A stretch of 32,000 nucleotides of DNA from an uncultured Akkermansia sp. Its GTDB lineage: Bacteria; Verrucomicrobiota; Verrucomicrobiia; Limisphaerales; UBA9464. The notes beneath the pieces are model-generated. The model searched no databases. It was not told the DNA's origin and was given only the letters and a program-made list of their open reading frames with translations. Every line of letters starts with the position of its first letter. Within the stretch, counting starts at the first letter, position 1. The stretch is from assembly GCA_964430505.1 (NCBI GenBank), contig CAYSGH010000018.1, positions 8,365 to 40,364 of the forward strand, in the 5' to 3' direction. Both the position numbers and the translations under genes were made by a program. Positions 1 through 8,309 of the stretch are shown here, one piece after another.

Positions 1-1019
1 AGCATCTCGAGCGCATCGAGCAGGTGCTGCGCGCCGCCCGCATCCAGCCCGTCTCCATCGCCCCCGCCTTGACGGAGCTTCCCGACCTCGTTCCCGGCGG
101 GGAGGCCGTCCGGATGGACTTCCTCGCCTCGTCCACGTCGGTGTCGCTCGCGATCGCCTCGGGGGACGGCCTCGTCCTGCATCGATCGCTCGACGACGTC
201 GTGGTGGTGTCCGACGGCAAGCCGTCGGTGGCGGTGGATCGCCTGCAACGCGAGCTGCGCGTGACGATGGGCCAGCTTCCGGACGCCGTGCGCCAGGCGC
301 TGGCCCGCACCCGCGTCTTCGGGCACGGGCCGTTGGCGGACTCGCTGCACCGGGCGTTGGCCTCGCTTGCGCCGCGCCTTGCCCTTTCCGTCGCCCGGGC
401 CGACCGCGTGCCGGAGCAGCGGCAGGCGTTGCCGCGCATCACGCCGGGCCTGCCCGCCGGCGCCGCCTTGGCGATGGCCGCGCGGCATGTCGGGGGGCGG
501 CCCGCCTCCTTCGAGTTCCTCGCCCCGCGCGTTTCCCCGTGGCAGCAGTTGGCCGCGCGCTTTTCGTCCGGTCGCGCCGCCCATTATGGCATCGCCGCCG
601 CGGCCGTGGTGCTGTTGGTGGCCGGGGCCTTCCTCGTGCAACAGGCGCGGCTCATGTCCCTCCGTTCCCGCTGGAACGGGATGGCCAAGACCGTCGCGCA
701 CGTCGAGGAGCTCCAGGCCAACCTCAAGAAGTACCGGCCGTGGTTTGACGACTCGGTGCCGTCCCTGCTGGTCCTGCGGACGTTGACCATGGCGTTCCCC
801 GAGGACGGCAGCTTGACCGCCAAGACGGTCGAGCTGCGCGAGGGGGCCACCGTGGTGTGCTCCGGCACCGCCAACGACTCCTTCACCCTGAACCGTACCC
901 TGGAGAAGCTCCGGACGGTTCCGGCGGTGCGCGACGTCACCGTGGACCAGATGCGCGGCAAGTCCCCCGTGCAGTTCTCCTTCAACTTCAAGTGGGACGC
1001 CTCCGCTGGAACGCCATGA
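1..1019 (+). CDS. GspL / PilM-PilN-like inner-membrane assembly protein, 5' end cut by window edge
   Basis: Reading frame stays open to the window start (…HLERIEQVLRAARIQPVS…). One TM segment (YGIAAAAVVLLVAGAFLVQQ), then a coiled segment and PilN-like C-terminal region. Ends with an ATGA overlap to the next gene. Operon context with GspM/C/D-like genes. Confidence 0.65.
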   Translation, partial: HLERIEQVLRAARIQPVSIAPALTELPDLVPGGEAVRMDFLASSTSVSLAIASGDGLVLHRSLDDVVVVSDGKPSVAVDRLQRELRVTMGQLPDAVRQALARTRVFGHGPLADSLHRALASLAPRLALSVARADRVPEQRQALPRITPGLPAGAALAMAARHVGGRPASFEFLAPRVSPWQQLAARFSSGRAAHYGIAAAAVVLLVAGAFLVQQARLMSLRSRWNGMAKTVAHVEELQANLKKYRPWFDDSVPSLLVLRTLTMAFPEDGSLTAKTVELREGATVVCSGTANDSFTLNRTLEKLRTVPAVRDVTVDQMRGKSPVQFSFNFKWDASAGTP

Positions 1020-1558
1020 ACCTCGATCCCGAGCAACGCAAGAAGCTGCTCCTCGTCGTCGCGCTTGCCGGCGTCGGGTTGCTCCTGGGCGACCGCGTCG
1101 TCCTGGGCCCCCTGCTCAAGTCGTGGAACGCGCGCCAGGCCCAGATCGCCGAGCTGCAGAAGCGCATCGCCAAGGGCGAGCAACTCGTCTCGCGTCTCCG
1201 GCCCGTCGAGGGCCGTTGGTCTGAGATGGCCTCCAACGCCCTCCCCAAGGTGACGTCCGCCGCCGAGGGCCGCGTCCTGGACGCCCTCGACCGGTGGTCC
1301 AAGGCCGCCGCCGTCAACGTCACCTCCGTCAAGCCCCAGTGGAAGCAGCTCGACGAGGATTACTCCACCTTCGAGTGCCACGTGGATGCCACCGGCAACC
1401 TCGCCACCCTCACCCGCTTCCTGTACGAGGTCGAACGCGACAAGCTCGCCGTGCGCGTCGAGGCCATCGAGATCGCCGCCCGTGACAAGGAGGCCGCTCA
1501 GCTTTCCCTGGGCCTGCATGTCAGCGGCCTCGTTCTCAACCTACCCGAACGCCGATGA
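1016..1558 (+). CDS. GspM / PilO-like protein
   Basis: About 180 aa, N-terminal TM (KLLLVVALAGVGLLLGDRVVLGPL), coiled coil, ferredoxin-like C-terminal region. Start ATG overlaps the previous stop. Confidence 0.6.
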   Translation: MNLDPEQRKKLLLVVALAGVGLLLGDRVVLGPLLKSWNARQAQIAELQKRIAKGEQLVSRLRPVEGRWSEMASNALPKVTSAAEGRVLDALDRWSKAAAVNVTSVKPQWKQLDEDYSTFECHVDATGNLATLTRFLYEVERDKLAVRVEAIEIAARDKEAAQLSLGLHVSGLVLNLPERR

Positions 1559-2529
1559 CGCCCCTCCTGCCATCCCCCGCCGGCGCTTGGATCGCCGCCG
1601 CGCTCGCCCTGGCCGTGACCGTGTCCGCCCTCGGTCAGGAGGCGGCTCCCGCTGCTGCCGCGCCGGAGGCGGTTGCCGCCGCCGCTGCTGCTGCCGCCGC
1701 TGCCGCTGTGGCCGCTGCCCAGGACGCCGAGGAAGGTTCCGAGGAGGACGGCCCCGCCGAGGATGAGCCCGCCGCAGCCTCCACCAACGGCGCCCCGACG
1801 CTGTCCGTGACCGGCTCCACCAACGCCCCCACCCACTCCGTCTCCGGGACCAATGCCCCGGCACGCCGCACCTCGCGCCGCTCGTCCCGAAGGCCCGAGC
1901 GCTCCGGCATCTCCGACTGGCGCCCGTCCAGCCGGTCCTCGTCCACGTCCAGCAAGGCCGCCGCCACGAATGGCCCCGCCTCGTCCGACTACGCCTACTT
2001 CCAGCTCGTCAACGATCGGAACATCTTCAACCCCGCCCGCGTCCCCAACCGCCCCGACCGTCCCAAGTCCCCCGAGACGCGGCGCACGCCCATGGTCGAG
2101 TCCCTCTCCCTTGTGGGGACGCTGCGTTACGAGAAGGGCATCTTTGCCTTCTTCGACGGCACCCGCTCCGAGTTCCGCAAGGCCCTCAAGGAAGGGGACA
2201 CGGTGGGCGGGCATCGCATCCTGTCGGTCACGGATTCCACCGTCCGTCTCGTCGTCCAGGATCGTGCGGTGGACCTGAAGGTCGGCAACCAACTCCGCCG
2301 CGAGGACGAGGGCGAGTGGACCCTCGCCTCGGGCGTGACCTTGGGTGCGTCGTCGTCCTCCGGCGGCTCGGGTTCCTCGAATTCGCCGTCCTCGTCGAGC
2401 AACACCGCGTCCGCCTCCTCCCAGTCTTCCAATGCCTCGTCGTCGTCATCCTCCGGGTCCTCCGGGGGCGGCGCCGAGGAGATCCTCCGGCGCCTTCGGG
2501 AACGTCGCGCCCAGGAGACCAAGCAATGA
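1555..2529 (+). CDS. GspC-like periplasmic/inner membrane protein with Ala-rich and Ser-rich low-complexity regions
   Basis: Contains YFQLVNDRNIFNPAR…SLSLVGTLRYEKGIFAFFDGTRSEFRKALKEGDTVGGHRILSVTDSTVRL, typical of the GspC homology region. ATGA overlaps on both sides. Confidence 0.6.
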   Translation: MTPLLPSPAGAWIAAALALAVTVSALGQEAAPAAAAPEAVAAAAAAAAAAAVAAAQDAEEGSEEDGPAEDEPAAASTNGAPTLSVTGSTNAPTHSVSGTNAPARRTSRRSSRRPERSGISDWRPSSRSSSTSSKAAATNGPASSDYAYFQLVNDRNIFNPARVPNRPDRPKSPETRRTPMVESLSLVGTLRYEKGIFAFFDGTRSEFRKALKEGDTVGGHRILSVTDSTVRLVVQDRAVDLKVGNQLRREDEGEWTLASGVTLGASSSSGGSGSSNSPSSSSNTASASSQSSNASSSSSSGSSGGGAEEILRRLRERRAQETKQ

Positions 2530-4235
2530 ACACGCACACTCCACGCATCGTCGTCCTCGCCCTCGTCGCCACCGTCTCGCTGGGCCTTCGGGTCCAGGCG
2601 CAGGAGGCCAAGCCCGCGACCCCGACGGCCCCGGCACCCGCCGCTGCTGCGGACGCTCCGAAGGCGGCGGATGCAAGCTCTGCGGCCGCTGCGCCGGACG
2701 CCAAGGCGGCAGGAACGACCTCCACCAACGCGCCGGCCGCCGCGCCCAAGCAGCCGCCGGAGCCGCTGCCTGCGCCGGAGCCGTTGCCGACCGCCCCGGA
2801 TGGCAGCCCCATGGTCCGCATGAACTTCCGCGGCGTCCCGTTGGAGACCGTCCTGAGCTACCTCTCCGAGGCGGCCGGCTACATCATCGTCCTGGACACC
2901 GAGGTGAAGGGGCGCATCGACGCGTGGTCCGCGCAGCCGGTGACCCGCGAGGAGGCCTTCCAAATCCTCGAGGCCGCCCTCGCCAAGAACGGCTACACCG
3001 CCCTCCGAAACGGCCGCACCCTCACCATCGTCTCCAAGGAGTCCGCCAAGAAGCGCGACATCCCGGTCAAGTCCGGCAACAACCCGGATTCCATCCCGAA
3101 GGACGACCAAGTGGTCACCCAGATCATCCCCATCCGCTTCATCAGCGCCACCGCCCTGACCACGGACCTGTCGCCGTTGCTGCCCTCCGAGGCGACCATG
3201 ACGGCCAACGAGGCTGGCAATGCGTTGGTCATCACGGACACGCAGGCCTCCATCAAGCGGCTCACCGAGGTCATCCGGGCGCTCGACACCTCCTTGGCCA
3301 ATTCCTCCTCCGTCAAGGTGTTCCCCCTTCGCTACGCGGATGCCAAGGAGCTGGCCACCGTCATCAAGGACCTTTTCTCGACCACGGACTCCCGGGGCGG
3401 CAACACGGGCAACAACGGCCGCGGGGGCTTCCAGGGGTTCCCCGGTGGATTCGGCGGCATGGGCGGCTTTGGTGGCCGTGGGGGAGGCGGAGGCGGCGGC
3501 GGCGGATCCTCGTCCGGTGCGGGCAACCGAGCCGCCGCATCCAAGGTTGTGGCCGTCGCCGACGAGCACTCCAACTCCGTCATCGTGAACGCCCCCGAGG
3601 ACGCGATGCCCACCATTGAGGAGTTGATCCGATCCGTGGACACCAACGTTCAGGACGTCACCGAGATCCGCGTCTTCCGGCTTCAGTTTTCCGACCCGAC
3701 CGAGATGGCCGGGATTCTTTCGGGGTTGTTCCCGGATGAGGCCACCGCCCGCAATGGGAGCAACAACAACCGCGGCCAGCGCTTCGGAGGCTTCGGGATG
3801 TTTGGCGGCATGAACCGGGGCGGGGGGGGCGGCGGCGGCTCGGGCAGCTCCAGCGACCGGGCGCTCAAGAAGGGCAAGGTCACGGCCGTCCCGGATCCCC
3901 GCACCTCCTCCGTCATCGTGTCCGCCGACCGCGAAATCATGGGCCAGATTGCCGAGATGGTGAAGCAGCTCGACGCCAACCCGGCACGGAAGCAGAAGGT
4001 GTACGTGTACGACCTCGACAACGCCGACCCGCAGCAGGTGCAGGACGTGCTCCGCGGCCTCTTCGAGCGCCAGGGCAGCAACACCCGCAACACCCAGACC
4101 CGCCAGCAAAACTCGGCCCTGACCACCCGGTCCACCCAGCAGCAGCAGCAGAACAACCTCAACCGCGGCGGGGCCGGCTTCGGCTCCGGCGCGGGCGGCG
4201 GCGGCGGGCTCGGCGCCGGTGGACGTGGCAACTAG
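2526..4235 (+). CDS. Secretin N-domain protein (N-terminal part of a GspD-like secretin)
   Basis: Signal peptide MNTHTPRIVVLALVATVSLGLRVQA. Successive secretin N-domains (VRMNFRGVPLETVLSYLSEAAGYIIV…, VFPLRYADAKELATVIKDLF…, VFRLQFSDPTEMAGILSGLF…, VYVYDLDNADPQQVQDVLRGLF) separated by Gly/Asn-rich linkers. No secretin beta-barrel domain. Start chosen at 2526 (ATGA overlap) rather than the track start 2316. Confidence 0.85.
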   Translation: MNTHTPRIVVLALVATVSLGLRVQAQEAKPATPTAPAPAAAADAPKAADASSAAAAPDAKAAGTTSTNAPAAAPKQPPEPLPAPEPLPTAPDGSPMVRMNFRGVPLETVLSYLSEAAGYIIVLDTEVKGRIDAWSAQPVTREEAFQILEAALAKNGYTALRNGRTLTIVSKESAKKRDIPVKSGNNPDSIPKDDQVVTQIIPIRFISATALTTDLSPLLPSEATMTANEAGNALVITDTQASIKRLTEVIRALDTSLANSSSVKVFPLRYADAKELATVIKDLFSTTDSRGGNTGNNGRGGFQGFPGGFGGMGGFGGRGGGGGGGGGSSSGAGNRAAASKVVAVADEHSNSVIVNAPEDAMPTIEELIRSVDTNVQDVTEIRVFRLQFSDPTEMAGILSGLFPDEATARNGSNNNRGQRFGGFGMFGGMNRGGGGGGGSGSSSDRALKKGKVTAVPDPRTSSVIVSADREIMGQIAEMVKQLDANPARKQKVYVYDLDNADPQQVQDVLRGLFERQGSNTRNTQTRQQNSALTTRSTQQQQQNNLNRGGAGFGSGAGGGGGLGAGGRGN

Positions 4236-4301
4236 GACGGACCACCCCAGATGATCCCGCGCCCGGCATCCCCCCATTCCCGCACCCTGATGTTTCCCCC
4301 C

Positions 4302-5597
4302 ATGAATCGCCTTGCACAACGCGCCTCCGCGATCCTTCTCGCCGCATCCATGGCCGCGCCCGCCCTCGCCCAGTTCCAGGGCTTTGGCGGCGGGGGCGGC
4401 GGCACCCAACGCCGGGCCGGCACGGGCTCCGGCGCCACCCGGGAGTACCCCAACAACACCGAGGTCGGCGACGCCATCATCTCCTTCGACCCCGAGACCC
4501 GTAAGATCATCGTCATCACGGACGAGGACACGAACCTCCAGATCAAGGACGTGATCACGAGCCTCGACAACCCGCGCCCGCAGGTGCTCATCAAGGTGGT
4601 CTTCCTGGAGGTCACCCACAACGACTCGTCCGACATCGGCGTGGAGGGCGGCTACACGCGGCAGCTCGGCAACACCGGCACCGGCAGCATTGCCAACGCC
4701 TTCGGGGCCTCCGCCCTGTCCTCCGCCGCCACGTCCTCCGTCCCCAACGTCCTGGGCCAAAACGTCCAGAACATGCTGCCCGTGCCGCCCGGAGCGGGCG
4801 TGTACCAGGTCCTGGGCTCCGACTTCCAGGCCACCCTTCGCGCCATTGCCCAGGCCGGCCGCGCCGAGATCCTCTCCAGGCCCTCCATCCTCGCCCGCAA
4901 CAACCAGCCCGCCACCATCTCCCTCGGCCAGCAGGTCCCCCTCGTCTCCAACACGCGCTTCGACGCCATCAACGGCCAGATCAACACCGTCTCCTACCAG
5001 AACGTCGGCATCATCCTCCGCGTCACCCCCTTCATCACCCCCGACGGCATGGTGGAGATGATCGTGTCCCCGGAGACGTCGTCGCTGGCCGAGCGAACGC
5101 AGTGGGTGCCCATCTCGCGCGACGCCCTCGCACCGGTCGTCAACTCCCGCCTCGCCGACACCGTCGTCGTGGTGCCCGACGGCCAGACCGTCGTCATCGG
5201 CGGCCTGATGCAGAACCAGATCACCGAGTCCGAAAGCAAGGTTCCCTACCTCGGCGACATCCCGTGGCTGGGGAACGCCTTCAAGCGGAAGCAGAAGTCC
5301 AACATCAAGACCGAGCTCATGATCTTCCTCACCCCCATCGTCATCCCCGCGCCGTCCCAGCTCGCGGGCATGACCGCCGAGGAACGATCCAAGGTCCTCC
5401 TCCGGCCCAAGTCCCTGCCGCAAATGCAGCTCGAGAACCTGGTGGACCAGCTCCCCGACAAGTCCTCTGACAAGTCCTCCGACAAGAAGCCCGCCAAGAA
5501 GGCGTCGGCGGTTCCCGATGCACCCCAAGCCCCCAAGGCTCCCGTGGTCCCGGCGGACCCCAAGCTGAAGGCCGCTCCGGCACCCGCCCGTCGGTAG
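4302..5597 (+). CDS. gspD: Secretin channel-domain protein (C-terminal part of a GspD-like secretin)
   Basis: Signal peptide MNRLAQRASAILLAASMAAPALAQ. Then half N-domain (ISFDPETRKIIVITDEDTNLQIKDVITSLDNPRPQVLIKVVFLEV) and secretin domain (…AEILSRPSILARNNQPATISLGQQVPLV…VGIILRVTPFI…VVVPDGQTVVIGGLMQNQITESESKVPYLGDIPWLGNAFK…TELMIFLTPIVI). The track ORF starts at 4251 in the same frame. Confidence 0.9.
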   Translation: MNRLAQRASAILLAASMAAPALAQFQGFGGGGGGTQRRAGTGSGATREYPNNTEVGDAIISFDPETRKIIVITDEDTNLQIKDVITSLDNPRPQVLIKVVFLEVTHNDSSDIGVEGGYTRQLGNTGTGSIANAFGASALSSAATSSVPNVLGQNVQNMLPVPPGAGVYQVLGSDFQATLRAIAQAGRAEILSRPSILARNNQPATISLGQQVPLVSNTRFDAINGQINTVSYQNVGIILRVTPFITPDGMVEMIVSPETSSLAERTQWVPISRDALAPVVNSRLADTVVVVPDGQTVVIGGLMQNQITESESKVPYLGDIPWLGNAFKRKQKSNIKTELMIFLTPIVIPAPSQLAGMTAEERSKVLLRPKSLPQMQLENLVDQLPDKSSDKSSDKKPAKKASAVPDAPQAPKAPVVPADPKLKAAPAPARR

Positions 5598-5729
5598 GCC
5601 GGAGTTCCGTCCACGGTTCGCAGGTTGCCGGCGGAGAAGGGAGGCGGGACCGCTTCCGACACGTCGCGAGGGTTGGGCATCCTTGGGAGGATAACCCCCG
5701 GGGACTCCCATGCCGCCGTCACCTCCAGG

Positions 5730-6653
5730 CTACTCCAGCAACCGGAATCCGTCGTCGTCCAGTCGCGCGCGAAGGCCCCAGGGGAGGCTTCGTTTCCTCG
5801 GCTCATGGCCGTACTCGTATCCCATGCGCACCGGCACTCCCAAGCCACCCAACACCTCCCGTGCAATCTCCCCCAGTTCGAGCCAGCCGCCGCGGCGGTC
5901 TGCCGGGCCACAGTCCGTGAACTGCCCCAGCACCACCGCTGCGACTCGCCTGAGCACGCCCCCCAACCGCAACTGAACGAGCAGGCGGTCCACTCGATGC
6001 AGGTGTTCGTGGATGTCCTCCAACACCAGGATCGAACCTTCCATCGAAGGCAGGTGCGGCGTCCCCATCAACGAGCCTACCAACGACAAGCAACCACCCA
6101 TCAACGGGCCCTCCGCCGTGCCGGGCACCACCACTTCCCACGGCTTGTCCCCGGGGTTGCCGAGGTCCACGCCCGCCGTGGCCCCTTCCACCAACGGCCA
6201 AAACGCGCCCTCCGTGAACGGGTCCAACCCGGCGGCCAACTCCACCCCGGCCAACACCCCCGAGACGCTCACGAGGCCGCATCGGGCCAGCAACGACATC
6301 TGCAAGGCCGTCACGTCGCTGTAGCCCACCAGCCACTTCGGGTCGCGTCGCACCGCGTCCACGTCCACGCCCTCCAGCAGGCGCGCGCACCCGTAGCCCC
6401 CGCGCACGGCCATCACCATGCGCACACCGGGATCCCGGAGCATGGCGTTCAGGTCCTCCAACCTCTCGGCATCCGTCCCGGCAAACGCCCCGTGGCGCCC
6501 CGTGGCATGGCGCCCCACCTTGACCCGATACCCGCGCGCCTCCAGCGCCCGCCGTCCCGCGTCGATCCTCCCCAAGTCCAACGGCGCGCCCGCCGGGCAA
6601 ATCAAGCCCACCTCATCCCCGCGCCCCAGCGGCCTCGGCCTCGCCACGCTCAT
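5730..6653 (-). CDS. ldcA: LD-carboxypeptidase, S66 family (muramoyltetrapeptide carboxypeptidase)
   Basis: VGLICPAGAP…, VRGGYGCARLLEGVD…KWLVGYSDVTAL, GTAEGPLMGGCLSLV, EDIHEHLHRVDR. Start taken at MSVARPRPLGRGDEVG (6653). Confidence 0.85.
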   Translation of the reverse strand: MSVARPRPLGRGDEVGLICPAGAPLDLGRIDAGRRALEARGYRVKVGRHATGRHGAFAGTDAERLEDLNAMLRDPGVRMVMAVRGGYGCARLLEGVDVDAVRRDPKWLVGYSDVTALQMSLLARCGLVSVSGVLAGVELAAGLDPFTEGAFWPLVEGATAGVDLGNPGDKPWEVVVPGTAEGPLMGGCLSLVGSLMGTPHLPSMEGSILVLEDIHEHLHRVDRLLVQLRLGGVLRRVAAVVLGQFTDCGPADRRGGWLELGEIAREVLGGLGVPVRMGYEYGHEPRKRSLPWGLRARLDDDGFRLLE

Positions 6654-6685
6654 CGGCCGGAGCCTGCCCCGGCGACCCCGACGCG

Positions 6686-7252
6686 TCACGCATCGTTGCC
6701 CGGCCGCAGCACGTACACCGACGGGTAGTTGGTCCGCCACGACCGGTCGTCCATCCCGTAGCCCGTGAACCATTCGCGGCCCTCGTACCGGAACGCCGCA
6801 TGGTCCGGCGTGTGCAGGCTTTCCGGGATCACCCGGTGCACCAGCACCGCCGTCCGGACCGACGCCGCGCCGCGGGCCCGGCACAAGGTGGTCAGCTCCG
6901 CCAACGTGCGTCCGGAGTCGCAGATGTCGTCCACCACCAGCACGTCCCGGCCGGTCAGGTTGAGGTCGAGGCCCTCCACCTGGAGGTGCGAGGCCATCTG
7001 GCCGTTCACGCCGGCCTCGTATCCACGGCATCGGCAATACGTGGCCTCCACCGAGACCGGGATGGCCTTGAGCAAGTCGGCAAAGAAGAACACCGCCCCC
7101 CTCAGGACGCACAACGCCAGCACCTGCTGGCCGCCGCGAGCCAAGACGTCCCGCGCCCAAGGCGTCAGCTCCGCCGCCACCCTGTCTACGCCGCACTGAA
7201 CCGCCTCCGCCGTGAACACCTCGCTATAATGGTCCGGAACGTTTCGCGTCAT
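6686..7252 (-). CDS. hpt: Hypoxanthine phosphoribosyltransferase family protein
   Basis: PRPP loop LTGRDVLVVDDICDSGRTLAEL, upstream CVLRGAVFFFADLLKAI and C-terminal WFTGYGMDDRSWRTNYPSVYVL. Start at MTRNVPDHY (7252); the track start is 7279. Confidence 0.8.
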   Translation of the reverse strand: MTRNVPDHYSEVFTAEAVQCGVDRVAAELTPWARDVLARGGQQVLALCVLRGAVFFFADLLKAIPVSVEATYCRCRGYEAGVNGQMASHLQVEGLDLNLTGRDVLVVDDICDSGRTLAELTTLCRARGAASVRTAVLVHRVIPESLHTPDHAAFRYEGREWFTGYGMDDRSWRTNYPSVYVLRPGNDA

Positions 7253-8303
7253 CCACGTCCTCCCTTCTTGAGATTCCATAAAGCCCCCCGTCCATGCCCT
7301 TGCCGGGCCAGTTCACCTGGTCCACGCCCAGGTGCCGCGCCAATCCCAACAGCACGGGGTTCAGCAGCAGCTCGGCCGCCAAGGGCGCGACCTCCACCCG
7401 TCCGGGCAACGGCACCCGCCGTGCCGGCAGCCCCGCGCCGGCCAACACCTCCTCCGCCCGGCGCGCGAGCGCGCAGTCGCCCAGCACCCACACCGGCTCC
7501 GGACGGGCCATCAACTGCTGGAGGTGCCCGTGCGCCAACGCCAGCAAGTCCACCACGCGCGGCCCTCGCCAGTACAACCCCTCCACGAACTTTGCCACCA
7601 CGTTCTCCGCGCACCCGGACAACCCGTCGCCCGTGGCCACCACGAATCCGTCCCGATGCGCGTCCAGCTCGGATCCGATGGCCTCCAGCATGCGTGCCGG
7701 CCACGGGCTGGATGCCCACGCATCCAGCTCATCCACGAGCGTGCTCGACGGGGGGAGCCGGTTCCCATCCACCGAGGCCGCCAACCGCCACGCGGCGGCA
7801 AACCCGCACAACGGCCCAACCAACCGGACCAAGGTTGAGTACTCCTCCTCCAACGGGAACCGCTCCATGCGGCATCCCTCGGCCGAGAGGCGTTGCAGCC
7901 ATCCCGCGCGATCCCCGCGTCCCGCCCGCTCCTGGCCCTCCACCGTCGAGGCCGTCGCCAGCACGACGGAACCGAAGAGCCCCCGCCTCGCGAGGGCCAG
8001 CCGGGCGTTCGGCGCCAGGCCTTGGCTGAAGACCACCAGCGTCCGGTCCCGGCTCGACGGTCCCGGAAACCCCGGATCGAGGAAGGCGGACAACGGCTCG
8101 AACCAGGCGGGCACCGCCGTGTGACGCCGAAGCAACGCCACCAAGTAGCGCGCGTGCGCCTCGGAGCTTCCCACGCCGGTGGCAAGGACGCCCCCCTCGC
8201 AGGGCCGCCAGCCCTCGGCCAAGGGCGACACCAGGAGCCCGCGGGCCAACGGCCATGCCTCCTCCGCGCGGCGTCCCAGCAACCCATGTCCCTTCGCGTC
8301 CAT
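7224..8303 (-). CDS. SIS-domain-like (sugar isomerase fold) protein, function unknown
   Basis: LATGVGSSEAHARYLVALLRRH…LVVFSQGLAPNARLAL resembles a SIS sugar-phosphate-binding region, and ENVVAKFVEGLYWRGPRVVDLLALAHGHLQQL a second SIS-like half. Overlaps hpt slightly. Confidence 0.5.
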   Translation of the reverse strand: MDAKGHGLLGRRAEEAWPLARGLLVSPLAEGWRPCEGGVLATGVGSSEAHARYLVALLRRHTAVPAWFEPLSAFLDPGFPGPSSRDRTLVVFSQGLAPNARLALARRGLFGSVVLATASTVEGQERAGRGDRAGWLQRLSAEGCRMERFPLEEEYSTLVRLVGPLCGFAAAWRLAASVDGNRLPPSSTLVDELDAWASSPWPARMLEAIGSELDAHRDGFVVATGDGLSGCAENVVAKFVEGLYWRGPRVVDLLALAHGHLQQLMARPEPVWVLGDCALARRAEEVLAGAGLPARRVPLPGRVEVAPLAAELLLNPVLLGLARHLGVDQVNWPGKGMDGGLYGISRREDVDDAKRSGPL

Positions 8304-8309
8304 CACCCG

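Noticed and set aside
3454-3522. Gly-codon runs in the secretin N-domain gene as a tandem repeat element
   Set aside because: This is in-frame Gly/Ser-rich linker coding sequence between N-domains, common in low-complexity linkers.
5670-5697. Bidirectional terminator between the secretin gene and ldcA
   Set aside because: GGGTT…ATCC-ttggga-GGAT-AACCC is imperfect with a one-sided bulge and no U-tract; too weak to call.
2127-5711. 1194-aa minus-strand ORF antisense to the gspC and secretin genes
   Set aside because: Composition-driven shadow ORF (GC-rich codon mirror); translation is low-complexity R/G/A/E-rich with no recognisable domain, while the plus strand has clear secretin domains.
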